A DNA stretch of 64,000 nucleotides from positions 96,341-160,340 of the forward strand of contig CAJXCD010000003.1 of the NCBI GenBank assembly GCA_913051545.1. The letters are read 5' to 3'. The notes beneath the pieces are model-generated. The model searched no databases. It saw only the letters and a list, made by a program, of their open reading frames with translations, and was not told the origin of the DNA. The translations under genes were made by a program, and so were the position numbers. Positions 1 through 9,466 of the stretch are shown here, in pieces. Origin of the DNA: an uncultured Chloroflexota bacterium. Lineage in GTDB: Bacteria; Chloroflexota; Dehalococcoidia; Lucifugimonadales; CAJXCD01. The first letter of the stretch is position 1; each line of letters begins with the position of its first letter.

Positions 1-377
1 TATTAGGGCATTTATTTAAAATGCTTAGCGCAAGTGAAGTGGATGCTATAGTGGAATTCGACAAAATCCCAATTTTGGAAGGAGTAGTTGAAATCGCTGA
101 CAGAAACATTCTTCCTGGTGGAACCAAACGCAATTTTGAATCAATCCAACCGTATGTTAAATGGGATACAACTTTAACTAATGCCAAGAAATTTATTATG
201 TGCGATGCACAAACTTCAGGTGGTCTACTCATATCTGTTCCGAAGGACAAATTAGATGAGATATTAATTGAGTTGAAAGAGCTAGGAGTTGAGACTAAGG
301 CAATAGTTGGGGAAATAGCAGTCAGGAAATCGCCAGAACATCCTGAAATACAAATTATAAAATCGGCATCAAATTAA
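1..377 (+). CDS. selD: selenide, water dikinase (selenophosphate synthetase), C-terminal fragment; 5' end lies outside the window
   Basis: The frame is open from the window edge. ILPGGTKRNFES and CDAQTSGGLLISV match the conserved SelD C-terminal motifs (E. coli VPGGTWRNF and CDPQTSGGLL). Confidence 0.8.
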   Translation, partial: LGHLFKMLSASEVDAIVEFDKIPILEGVVEIADRNILPGGTKRNFESIQPYVKWDTTLTNAKKFIMCDAQTSGGLLISVPKDKLDEILIELKELGVETKAIVGEIAVRKSPEHPEIQIIKSASN

Positions 378-2048
378 ATGACTATACAAGAAACTATACG
401 TGGCATAGTCGAAAATGCTGTATCTAAAGCACAGACACTAAATGAGTTACCCGATATTCCACTTGAAGAGATAACTATTGATCGTCCGCAGAATCCCGAA
501 CACGGCGATTTTGCTAGCAGTTTGCCATTGAAATTAACGAAAGTTATGAAGGTTCCGCCAATGATAATCGCGGACAAAGTAACCTCTCATATAGAAATCA
601 AAGGTCCCATCTCAAAAGCAGCTGTAACAAATCCTGGATTCATCAATCTCTTTGTTGATTCTGATTGGCTTGCATCTCAAGTAGAATTAATAATTAAATC
701 AGGAGACAAATATGGAAACTCTGCCCGTGGAAGCAATACTCACATACAAATAGAATTCGTGAGCGTTAATCCCACTGGGCCCCTCCATGTCGGTCACGCG
801 AGAGGGGCAGTTTTTGGGAGTGCACTTGCTGAAATCCTGATGGCATCTGGATACAAAGTTCACAGAGAATACTATTTCAACGATGCTGGATCCCAAATAC
901 AAAAATTTTATAGCAGTTTATACGCAAGATATATGCAACTGTTCGGTAGGGAAGAACTAGTGCCAGAAGACGGTTATCAAGGCCAGTATATGGTTGAACT
1001 GGCAAAAGATATCAAAAGAGATTTGGGAGCAAAATACCATGCTATGACTAGAGAAGACGCCGTCTCAGAACTAGGTAGAGAAGGCATAAACAGAATGGTA
1101 GAAACAGCAAAATCAGATATGCAAATCCTAAACGTTAGTTATGACACATGGTTCGAAGAAAAAAGCTTGTTCAGTGAAGGACAGTATGACCGAACCATGA
1201 AATTACTTTCTGAGTCAGGATATTTGACTGAAAAAGATGAAGCCACATGGTTAAAATCTACATCCCTAGGTGACGACGAAGATAAAGTGATGGTGAGAAG
1301 AAACGGCATTCCAACATATTTTGCCACTGATGTCGCTTATCATTACAATAAATTCCTAGAACGACGATTTGACCGCGTGATTAATGTCTTGGGTGCAGAC
1401 CATCAGGGTCATGCTAGATTTATGAAAGCTGTACCTCTTGCAATTGGTATAAACCCCGATCGACTTAACCTGATAATCTATCAATTAGTCACTTTGAAAC
1501 GGGGTCAGGATTCAGTCAGAGCCTCGAAGCGCTCTGGGCAAATGGAAACGCTAAAAGATTTAGTTGATGACGTTGGACCTGATGCGTGTAGATTCTTTTT
1601 CCTGTCACGATCTCCAAGAAGCCAAATGGAATTCGATTTAGATCTGGCAAAAAAACAATCTTCAGAAAATCCAGTTTTCTACATCCAATATGCTCATGCA
1701 AGGATTTGCAGTATTCTGAAATTAGCTGAGAAAAATAGCATCGACTATTCAAATGGAAATGTTGCGCTACTGCAACATAAAGGGGAAACTAGCCTAATCA
1801 AAAAAATGCTGGAATTCCCTGAAATAATTCAGTCTGTATCTGAAACATTAGAGCCTCATCACCTTCCTCACTATTCGGTAGAATTGTCTACGATGTTCCA
1901 TTGGTTCTACGAAAGCTGTAGAGTAGTTTCGGACAAACCACAAGATGTTGAGATCACAAAGGCAAGGCTTAAACTAGTAGAGGCTTCAAGAATAGTATTG
2001 AACCGTTGCCTAAAACTTATGCTGATGAGCGCCCCAACTGAAATGTAG
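378..2048 (+). CDS. argS: arginine--tRNA ligase
   Basis: 556 aa. It has the class I HIGH-type motif SVNPTGPLHVGHARGAVFG, a SKRSG (KMSKS-like) motif and a C-terminal anticodon-binding region. The ATG directly abuts the selD stop (TAAATG). Confidence 0.95.
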   Translation: MTIQETIRGIVENAVSKAQTLNELPDIPLEEITIDRPQNPEHGDFASSLPLKLTKVMKVPPMIIADKVTSHIEIKGPISKAAVTNPGFINLFVDSDWLASQVELIIKSGDKYGNSARGSNTHIQIEFVSVNPTGPLHVGHARGAVFGSALAEILMASGYKVHREYYFNDAGSQIQKFYSSLYARYMQLFGREELVPEDGYQGQYMVELAKDIKRDLGAKYHAMTREDAVSELGREGINRMVETAKSDMQILNVSYDTWFEEKSLFSEGQYDRTMKLLSESGYLTEKDEATWLKSTSLGDDEDKVMVRRNGIPTYFATDVAYHYNKFLERRFDRVINVLGADHQGHARFMKAVPLAIGINPDRLNLIIYQLVTLKRGQDSVRASKRSGQMETLKDLVDDVGPDACRFFFLSRSPRSQMEFDLDLAKKQSSENPVFYIQYAHARICSILKLAEKNSIDYSNGNVALLQHKGETSLIKKMLEFPEIIQSVSETLEPHHLPHYSVELSTMFHWFYESCRVVSDKPQDVEITKARLKLVEASRIVLNRCLKLMLMSAPTEM

Positions 2049-2061
2049 CTCCCTAAAATGA

Positions 2062-2595
2062 CTAGTGTCCAGCTGATATGCCACTTTCCAGGTCTCCTTG
2101 CCCCTTATATCTCTGAGCTTTCTCTACATAGGCATCACAAGTTGCACTAATCACCTCTTCGTGACGTTCTTGAACATTCCCCCTGATACGTCCCGGAATA
2201 CCTACTACCATTGACTCTGGTGGTACCACCATACCTTCAACTAGCATAGCTCCAGCAGCTATTAAACTTCCTTCACCAATTTGTACACCATCGTTAACTG
2301 TAGACCCACTTCCTATAAGTACCCTATCTCCAACAATACGAGCATGACATAGCACTTTGTGGCCTACTACTACACGATTACCAATCACAACATCAGCGTC
2401 ACCATGAACAACTGAGTTATCCTGTATATTAGTATACTTACCTATGGTAATCTTTCCTGCATCTGCTCTTACCACAGCTCCTGGCCAGATACTAGACCCT
2501 TCACCTATCTCTACATCTCCTATTACATAAGCAGCTTCGCTAACAAATGCAGTCGGATGAATATCAGGCGATTTTCCATCTAACGCTCTTATCAC
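2062..2595 (-). CDS. gamma-class carbonic anhydrase family / hexapeptide-repeat protein
   Basis: 177 aa left-handed beta-helix hexapeptide repeats (IHPTAFVSEAAYVIGDVEIGEGSSIWPGAVVRAD, VHGD) typical of the YrdA/PaaY/CamH-like family. Confidence 0.85.
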   Translation of the reverse strand: MIRALDGKSPDIHPTAFVSEAAYVIGDVEIGEGSSIWPGAVVRADAGKITIGKYTNIQDNSVVHGDADVVIGNRVVVGHKVLCHARIVGDRVLIGSGSTVNDGVQIGEGSLIAAGAMLVEGMVVPPESMVVGIPGRIRGNVQERHEEVISATCDAYVEKAQRYKGQGDLESGISAGH

Positions 2596-2778
2596 TAAAT
2601 TTCTCCCGTGACTATATCAACTGTTTCCACACGTGCCGGGACAGTCAACTACAGCACTATGCCGCTAAGACCTTATAACAAAACATGTTATCACTGTTGT
2701 AAATTTCAGGATAACCCAATTCCTTTGTGCTATCCTATATGTAAACCGTACATATACAATAATCATACCCATTCAAAA

Positions 2779-3351
2779 TTGGTCAATTCAACACACAAAA
2801 TCGCGATCGGTACACTCATTACAGCTTTACTGATAACCACATCATGTGTGTCTCAAAATAATATTATAAACGAATCACCCACACCGTCTGTTAATAAAAC
2901 CGATGTCGTTATTGAAACTCAAACTGCCACTCCCACTTCAGAACCATCTCCCACGCCAACAGCAAAACCTCCTGACGTATTGTTCAAATATTCATCAGGG
3001 ATACAAATGCTTGAAGCAGGGCAGTATAAGGAAGCCATTCCTCAATTTGATATGGTTATCCGAGTTCTACCTAAATTTGCCCAGGCATATAACGGAAGAG
3101 GTTTAGCACATTTCTATAATGACGAAATTGATCTAGCTCTTGAGGACTTCAATACAGCCATTGAACTGAAGCCGGACATGGCAGATGCGTACATGAACAG
3201 GGTGGCCATATCTCTAATGAAAGAGCAAATACCTGAAGCGGTAAAGGATATGGAAAAAGCCTTAACTATATACGAAAGAGAAGGTAACATAGATAAAGAA
3301 GAAGAAGTAAGGAAAATGCTAAGCATTTCGGAAAAAAATATCAATAATTGA
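2779..3351 (+). CDS. TPR-repeat putative lipoprotein (start uncertain; ORF is open from 2608)
   Basis: The C-terminal half has TPR-like repeats (AYNGRGLAHFYNDEIDLALEDFNTAIELKPDMADAYMNR). A TTG at 2779 would give MVNSTHKIAIGTLITALLITTSC, a signal peptide with a lipobox-like Cys. The residues from 2608-2778 look non-coding (Cys/Tyr/Pro rich). Confidence 0.65.
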   Translation: MVNSTHKIAIGTLITALLITTSCVSQNNIINESPTPSVNKTDVVIETQTATPTSEPSPTPTAKPPDVLFKYSSGIQMLEAGQYKEAIPQFDMVIRVLPKFAQAYNGRGLAHFYNDEIDLALEDFNTAIELKPDMADAYMNRVAISLMKEQIPEAVKDMEKALTIYEREGNIDKEEEVRKMLSISEKNINN

Positions 3352-3363
3352 AATCAGCATAAT

Positions 3364-4533
3364 CTATTTTAATTGCTCCCTAATACGCTTCCTGGAAATG
3401 AGCCATTTTCTCTTTTGTATACGCCGTGTTTCTTCATCAGGCGGAATGAAACGGGAATGGAATTTTGCCCGGTATTGCTCGAATGTACCAGAGAGAACTG
3501 ATTCGCGTATGTCTTTCATCAGCCTAAGTACGTATGAAAGATTATGAATTGTAGCAAGCCTATAAGCCAGCAATTCCTTAGTCCGAAACAGATGATGTAA
3601 ATAAGCTACCGAGTGATTAGTACAAGTGTAACAGTTGCAATCTGTCTCAATTGGTCCTTCAAAATTACTGTATTTTGATTTATCAACATTCATCCTGCCA
3701 GAATTTACTAATAACGATCCATTCCTGGCAATTCGAGTCGGTAACACACAATCAAACATATCTATACCTAACGCCACTGATTCAACCAAATCTTCTGGAG
3801 ATCCTACACCCATCAAATACCTGGGGGACCCTTCTGGCAACATAGGAACAGTGAATTCTACGACGTCATAAGTGTTTGATTTCGACTCACCTACACTAAC
3901 ACCCCCAATAGCGTAGCCAGGGAAACCCAGGGAAGTAATAAAATCGGCAGATTTTTCTCGATGTGCTTTTGAAAGACCGCCTTGCACAATACCAAAAAGC
4001 TCCTGACCAGAACGTGAATGTGCATTAAGAGATCTAACTGCCCACTTACTAGTTAATTCAACTGCCTTATCTAACTGAATGTCTGCACTACCCGCAGGAG
4101 GACATATATCCAGCACCATAATTATGTCGGCACCCAAGCGTTCCTGATGATCAATCACGTTTTCTGGACTAAAATCGTGTAGAGTTCCATCGAAATGTGA
4201 TTTGAAAATTAAACCATCATCTGTAACATCTCTGAGGTGCTCCAAGCTGAAACCTTGGAATCCACCACTGTCAGTTAATATCGGAGCATCCCATCCCATA
4301 AAACCATGCAATCCCCCAAATTTCTCGACTATTTCGACTCCGGGCCGTAAATACATATGGTAGGTATTTGACAGTACTATGGATGCACCTAAATCGGAAA
4401 CATCTGTAGAGTCCAACGTCTTCACTGAACCCTGTGTAGCAACAGGCATAAAAGCTGGAGTAGGCACATCACCATGTTCTGTATGGAGAATGCCTGCCCT
4501 TGCAAGACCATCTGTACACTTTAACGTAAACAT
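3364..4533 (-). CDS. tgt: queuine tRNA-ribosyltransferase
   Basis: 389 aa. The N-terminus ARAGILHTEHGDVPTPAFMPVATQGSVKTL, the LPTRIARNG motif and the zinc site CNCYTC...H are all typical of Tgt. Confidence 0.95.
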   Translation of the reverse strand: MFTLKCTDGLARAGILHTEHGDVPTPAFMPVATQGSVKTLDSTDVSDLGASIVLSNTYHMYLRPGVEIVEKFGGLHGFMGWDAPILTDSGGFQGFSLEHLRDVTDDGLIFKSHFDGTLHDFSPENVIDHQERLGADIIMVLDICPPAGSADIQLDKAVELTSKWAVRSLNAHSRSGQELFGIVQGGLSKAHREKSADFITSLGFPGYAIGGVSVGESKSNTYDVVEFTVPMLPEGSPRYLMGVGSPEDLVESVALGIDMFDCVLPTRIARNGSLLVNSGRMNVDKSKYSNFEGPIETDCNCYTCTNHSVAYLHHLFRTKELLAYRLATIHNLSYVLRLMKDIRESVLSGTFEQYRAKFHSRFIPPDEETRRIQKRKWLISRKRIREQLK

Positions 4534-4593
4534 TAACTAAGTGAATTTCGACTCAAGTTCCAGTCATCATAGCTCTAATGCAGTTTATAAATA

Positions 4594-6261
4594 CTACTTT
4601 CTAAGCGCATTTAGAGAATCTAGAACGATCTCTTCGGGAATATCTTTGCGTGTAACTGCATGTCCTATACCATCTAATAAAACCCATCGTATAACACCAC
4701 CTGTCGTCTTTTTATCATTAACCATCGCATTAACGACGTCTTCCGAAGGTAATTCCGGCCAGGAAACAGGTAGACCATAGACAGATAGTGCTGATCTCTG
4801 TCTATCTACTTCATCCCCCGTCATCATCCCTAGTCTTCTGGCAATCTCTGCCGCACCCATCATCCCTATACTCACAGCCTCACCGTGAAGGAATTCTTGA
4901 TATTTAGTAATTGCCTCTATAGCATGTCCTATAGTATGGCCATAATTCAATAACACTCTAACTCCAATAGATTCCCTTTCATCTTTAGACACCACCCCCG
5001 CCTTCACCATGATACTTCTCTTAATCACATCTGTACTAGCGGCACGATCAAGTTCACTGATATACTCCCATTTATCCTCGAAGGTTTGAAGCAACGGCTC
5101 ATCTAAAATCAAACCGTGCTTGATAGCCTCAGCCCATCCTGCACTCATTTCCCTGCGATCCATGGTTTGAAGAGTCTGTACATCTGCCAATACAAATTTG
5201 GGCTGGTGGAATGCACCAACTAAATTCTTGCCATGGCTTAAATCAACACCGGTCTTACCTCCTACAGATGAATCCATCATTGCTAGAATTGTTGTAGGGA
5301 CTTGAACAAATTGTATTCCTCTCAAAAAAGTAGCTGCCACGAAGCCCGCTAGATCACCTACAACTCCTCCTCCAACAGCTATTATCATATGCCCCCGCTC
5401 TGCCCGAGCATCTGCTAGCCACTCATAGATGCGACGTGCCATATCAAGACTCTTACTATTTTCTCCAGGGGGAATTAGGAAAAGGTGAGATGGAACCCCA
5501 ACACGCTCTATAGACGACTGTACAAGCCTTGCATGTTTGTAAACGTTTTCATCAGAAATTACATAAGCCGCACCCGGAAGCCCTATATCAGATATTCTCT
5601 GCCCTATATCCTCGATCTCACCCCATCCAACCCAAACCGGGTAGGTCCCCGAAGAGGTAAAAACAATAGAGGACAAACTATTATCCTCACCAATATCTCT
5701 ACTCTTAAAAGACTGGTTCAAAATCCCCAAAGCTCTTATCACTTCAGTGGCAACTTCTGAAGATGACAAATAGTCAGTGTGAACAGTCCAATCCGACATA
5801 GAATAATGAACTTGCCTCTCCGCTTTGAGACAAGCAATACGCTCAATAACATTTGGGCCGATTAACATGGGTCTTTCAACGCTACTAGATTTCTGCTCTC
5901 TTTGTTGTTTCCTCAAACGAGATTCAATTACATCAACTGCGGCCTCAAAGCACACTACTACACCAAACGACGCCATAAGACGGCGATTTTCATCCCCAGA
6001 CACTATACCTCCACCGGTAGCAATAACTTGTGATTCTGAATTACAAACTGACTTGAGTACATCATTTTCTAGTTCCCTAAATTTCTTCTCTCCGTAGCGT
6101 GAAAAAATCTCGGGGACAGAGCATCCAAATGATCTAGATATTTCATAATCTAAATCAACGAAATTCCACTCTAACCGTGACGCGACTTCGCGACCTACCG
6201 TAGTCTTTCCAGTGCCAGAAAAACCGGTTAGGAAAATATTAGTTTTGAAACTACTTTCCAT
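4594..6261 (-). CDS. aroKB: bifunctional shikimate kinase / 3-dehydroquinate synthase (AroK-AroB fusion)
   Basis: The N-terminal ~170 aa carry the P-loop GFSGTGKTTVGREVA (shikimate kinase). The C-terminal ~360 aa form the DHQ synthase fold (GGGVVGDLAGFVAATFLRGI, NYGHTIGHAIE). Confidence 0.9.
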   Translation of the reverse strand: MESSFKTNIFLTGFSGTGKTTVGREVASRLEWNFVDLDYEISRSFGCSVPEIFSRYGEKKFRELENDVLKSVCNSESQVIATGGGIVSGDENRRLMASFGVVVCFEAAVDVIESRLRKQQREQKSSSVERPMLIGPNVIERIACLKAERQVHYSMSDWTVHTDYLSSSEVATEVIRALGILNQSFKSRDIGEDNSLSSIVFTSSGTYPVWVGWGEIEDIGQRISDIGLPGAAYVISDENVYKHARLVQSSIERVGVPSHLFLIPPGENSKSLDMARRIYEWLADARAERGHMIIAVGGGVVGDLAGFVAATFLRGIQFVQVPTTILAMMDSSVGGKTGVDLSHGKNLVGAFHQPKFVLADVQTLQTMDRREMSAGWAEAIKHGLILDEPLLQTFEDKWEYISELDRAASTDVIKRSIMVKAGVVSKDERESIGVRVLLNYGHTIGHAIEAITKYQEFLHGEAVSIGMMGAAEIARRLGMMTGDEVDRQRSALSVYGLPVSWPELPSEDVVNAMVNDKKTTGGVIRWVLLDGIGHAVTRKDIPEEIVLDSLNALRK

Positions 6262-6330
6262 TATTTCACTATCCCAATTTCTTACTTCTTACAAAAAACA
6301 TGCGTGTACAGACACAGATGCTGCAGAGTA

Positions 6331-7173
6331 TTAAAGCACATCATTTGCGGCATCAAACATGATATTTATTGGTGCATCTACACCTGTCCACATACTAAAA
6401 GATTTTGAGCCTTGATATATCAGCATGGGCAATCCACCTAATGTATCGGCACCTGCCTCTTTTGCCAATACAAGAAATGGAGTGTCGCGAGGAGTATAAA
6501 CCATGTCGTATACCAGAGACGAGGGGGAAATAGATCCTGTTTCAAATGGAACATCATTTTCAGAAGCACTATTGCGCATACCAACAGAAGTGGCATTTAC
6601 TACCAGATCCGCATTTTTAACTACCCTGTCCAATTCATATCTATCGGACCTAACTACTTCCATTTCTACTTCCTCATCCACAAATTGCTCCACTATCTGA
6701 AGTGCTCGTTCTTTAGTGCGATTCGCAATACTTATCATTGAAACACCTGATTGTATTAATCCAAAAATTCCTGCCCGGGCAGCACCCCCAGCTCCAACTA
6801 CAAGAACCCGCTTACCCATAGGAGAAAACTTTGCAGTCTCTGTTAATCCTTGCATAAAACCATATACATCCGTATTGTGTCCTATCAATCTACCTCCATT
6901 ATTTACAATTGTATTAACTGCACCCACCCTGGAAGCAAACGGATCGACAACATCCAAGAAAGGCATAACCTTCTCCTTGTAAGGAATAGTAATGCCTGCA
7001 CCGAGGTAATCCATGGATCTTAGTTTATCCACTTCCGTTTGAAGATTTGCTGGTTCTACCGGCCACACTTTATAAATTACATCCAAGGAACAGTAATCCA
7101 ATGCTGCCTGTTGAAACACAGGGGATATAGAATGTGAAAGTGGGTATCCAAACAAACCAATCTTTTTGGTCAC
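6331..7173 (-). CDS. aroE: shikimate dehydrogenase
   Basis: 280 aa with SISPVFQQAA, GAGITIPYKEKV and the NADP Rossmann motif VVGAGGAARAG. GTG start. It sits next to aroKB. Confidence 0.9.
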   Translation of the reverse strand: MTKKIGLFGYPLSHSISPVFQQAALDYCSLDVIYKVWPVEPANLQTEVDKLRSMDYLGAGITIPYKEKVMPFLDVVDPFASRVGAVNTIVNNGGRLIGHNTDVYGFMQGLTETAKFSPMGKRVLVVGAGGAARAGIFGLIQSGVSMISIANRTKERALQIVEQFVDEEVEMEVVRSDRYELDRVVKNADLVVNATSVGMRNSASENDVPFETGSISPSSLVYDMVYTPRDTPFLVLAKEAGADTLGGLPMLIYQGSKSFSMWTGVDAPINIMFDAANDVL

Positions 7174-7230
7174 CTAAAATACCTCCATTATCGACGGAAT
7201 TGTAGCCGCTAAAGAGAGATACAGTTTGCC

Positions 7231-7260
7231 TTGACTGTAAACACTATATATCACTATACT
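7231..7260 (+). promoter_or_regulatory. candidate sigma70-type promoter for the ABC transporter operon
   Basis: TTGACT (7231-7236), an 18-nt spacer, then TATACT (7255-7260), about 65 nt upstream of the ATG at 7323. It overlaps the first copy of a 19-nt imperfect direct repeat. Confidence 0.35.
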
Positions 7261-7322
7261 ACCGCACGCTATAAACTTAATCTCTATCACTATCACTCCG
7301 CACATGGCATTAAGGAAGAAGT

Positions 7323-8228
7323 ATGTCTCCCAACGCTATCGAGATCAACGCGCTCTCAAAAAATTATGGTGACACTAATGCCATCTCTAACATTACCCTG
7401 AACGTAAATGAGGGAGAGGTCTTTGGATACCTTGGACCAAATGGCGCTGGTAAAACAACCACTATAAGAATCCTGGTTGACCTAATAAGGGCTACCTCAG
7501 GTCGTGCGTCAATTTTTGGATTAGATACTCGTGACGGTATCGAAGAAGTTCGATCCAAGATAGGCTATCTACCTAGCGATATCGCATTATACGAAAATTT
7601 GACTGGCATGGAACTACTCAAATACCTTTCAAATCTGCGTAAAATAGTGGAGTGGGATTACGTATCAAACCTTGCAGACAGACTAGAGTGTGATCTTTCT
7701 CTACGTATCTCTACACTTTCTAGAGGTAACAAACAAAAAATCGGACTCATTCAATCGTTAATGCACCATCCTGAATTAGTGATAATGGATGAACCATCTA
7801 GCGGATTGGATCCGCTAATGCAACAGGAATTCTATCGGCTGGTAGAAGAAATCAAATCAGAAGGGCGTACTATTCTTATATCGTCCCATATCATACCTGA
7901 AATTGAACGGCTCTGTGACCGAGTTGGTATCATTCGGGACGGAATTCTCTTAACAGTAGAAGAAATTGACTCTCTCAAACAAAAATCTGTGCACCAGATT
8001 GAATTTCATTTTACTCAACCTGCAACGGAAGATGCGTTAAATAAAATACCCGGAATCAGCGAAGTAACAGTGGATGGGAATTCTGTGAAATGTACCATTA
8101 TAGGAAGTCCTGACAAACTAATTAAGGCTGCCGCAAAATTTGAAATAACTAAATTGATTAGCCACGAACCTAATCTGGAAGAAGTTTTCTTATCGTATTA
8201 CGGAAAGGTTAATCCTGATGCTCAATAA
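7323..8228 (+). CDS. ABC transporter ATP-binding protein (ABC-2 / drug-exporter type)
   Basis: Walker A GPNGAGKTT, signature LSRGNKQK and Walker B VIMDEPSSGLD. An AAGGAAG SD precedes the start. Confidence 0.9.
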   Translation: MSPNAIEINALSKNYGDTNAISNITLNVNEGEVFGYLGPNGAGKTTTIRILVDLIRATSGRASIFGLDTRDGIEEVRSKIGYLPSDIALYENLTGMELLKYLSNLRKIVEWDYVSNLADRLECDLSLRISTLSRGNKQKIGLIQSLMHHPELVIMDEPSSGLDPLMQQEFYRLVEEIKSEGRTILISSHIIPEIERLCDRVGIIRDGILLTVEEIDSLKQKSVHQIEFHFTQPATEDALNKIPGISEVTVDGNSVKCTIIGSPDKLIKAAAKFEITKLISHEPNLEEVFLSYYGKVNPDAQ

Positions 8229-9015
8229 TGTTTTCCTCAAAACCTTTAGAGATAATCGTAAATCATTCTTATTTTGGGCCATAGGAACAAGTGCATTAAT
8301 CATATTGACTGTCCTTTTTTTTCCCCAAGTAAGTGACATACCGGAACTAAGTGAAATATTCGATAAAGAATCTGCAATAGCCAGTGTTTTTATGGGCGGA
8401 TTCACAGACATGACTTCTCCTGAGGGCTATCTCAACAGCCAGTTATTTGCAATGGCGATACCTCTGATTCTAATTATATTCTCGATAAATCGCTGTAGTG
8501 GCACTATAGCAACAGAGGAAGATCGTGGGACTTTGGATGTTTTACTGTCCCATCCAATAAGCCGCCTACGGGTAATTTCGGAGAAATTAATTGCGATACT
8601 ACTGGAGTCAGTTTTTCTATCTGTAGTGATATTCGTATCTGTAATTATAGGAGCCAGCATGGTAAAAATGGATCTGAGTATCACTGGTCCATTATCAGTA
8701 ACCATTAGCACACTACTTCTTTCCACTTTATTTGGTGCACTAGCACTAACTGTCACTGCAGTGAATGGCAAGAGAGGAATAGCTATAGGCATATCAGGAG
8801 GCATAGGAGTTCTTACATATTTCATCTACGCGCTAACGCCGCTAACTGAAACATTAAAACACGGCTCTAAGATATCGCCCTGGCACTACTACATCACTGC
8901 TGACCCATTATCGAATGGTCTAAACCTAGTACACGCAGGAACTTTAATTTCTATAACGATTTTATTCTCTACAATAGCCTTGTTTATGTTTAATAAACGG
9001 GACATATCTGTTTGA
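8218..9015 (+). CDS. ABC-2 family transporter permease
   Basis: 265 aa polytopic membrane protein with about 6 hydrophobic segments. Its start overlaps the ATPase stop by 11 nt, suggesting translational coupling. Confidence 0.8.
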   Translation: MLNNVFLKTFRDNRKSFLFWAIGTSALIILTVLFFPQVSDIPELSEIFDKESAIASVFMGGFTDMTSPEGYLNSQLFAMAIPLILIIFSINRCSGTIATEEDRGTLDVLLSHPISRLRVISEKLIAILLESVFLSVVIFVSVIIGASMVKMDLSITGPLSVTISTLLLSTLFGALALTVTAVNGKRGIAIGISGGIGVLTYFIYALTPLTETLKHGSKISPWHYYITADPLSNGLNLVHAGTLISITILFSTIALFMFNKRDISV

Positions 9016-9019
9016 TTTA

Positions 9020-9436
9020 CTACTCAATCTTTTTTGAATCCAAGTAAGCTTGAAGAATTATAGCAGCCGCCACAGAATCGGTTCTGGCACGATTCCTAGA
9101 AGGCTTAGCTCCGATTAGCTTAAGTATTCTCTCAGCATCCTTTGTGGTGTACCGCTCATCAAAAGTCTTTATTGGTATAGTGATTTGATCACGAAGTATG
9201 GAAAGGATCCCATCCACCTTTTTTGCCTGCTTCCCTCTATCACCTGATAAGGAAATAGGCATTCCAACAACTATCTCACTTGCTCCAGTCTCATTCACTA
9301 AATTAATAATTGACTGTAGCATATCCGTAGATCCATCACTAACCAAAACCGGAAGAGACGACGCTAATAGACCAGTTTCGTCACTAAGTGCTACTCCTGT
9401 TCTACGATCCCCTATATCTAAACCAAGTACTCTCAA
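9020..9436 (-). CDS. ruvX: Holliday junction resolvase-like / pre-16S rRNA nuclease YqgF
   Basis: 138 aa with N-terminal VLGLDIGDRRTGVALSD. It lies immediately downstream of alaS, the conserved alaS-ruvX order. Confidence 0.9.
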   Translation of the reverse strand: MRVLGLDIGDRRTGVALSDETGLLASSLPVLVSDGSTDMLQSIINLVNETGASEIVVGMPISLSGDRGKQAKKVDGILSILRDQITIPIKTFDERYTTKDAERILKLIGAKPSRNRARTDSVAAAIILQAYLDSKKIE

Positions 9437-9466
9437 ATTATGATGGCCTTCGATTTAACACATCTG

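Noticed and set aside
2608-2778. The N-terminal 57 codons of the ORF-track TPR protein (Cys/Tyr/His/Pro-rich, CYHCCKF...CYPICKPYIY), considered as a possible metal-binding domain.
   Set aside because: The composition looks like translated non-coding DNA. A much better start follows at 2779, giving a signal peptide with a lipobox-like Cys, so the region is more likely the promoter and 5' UTR.
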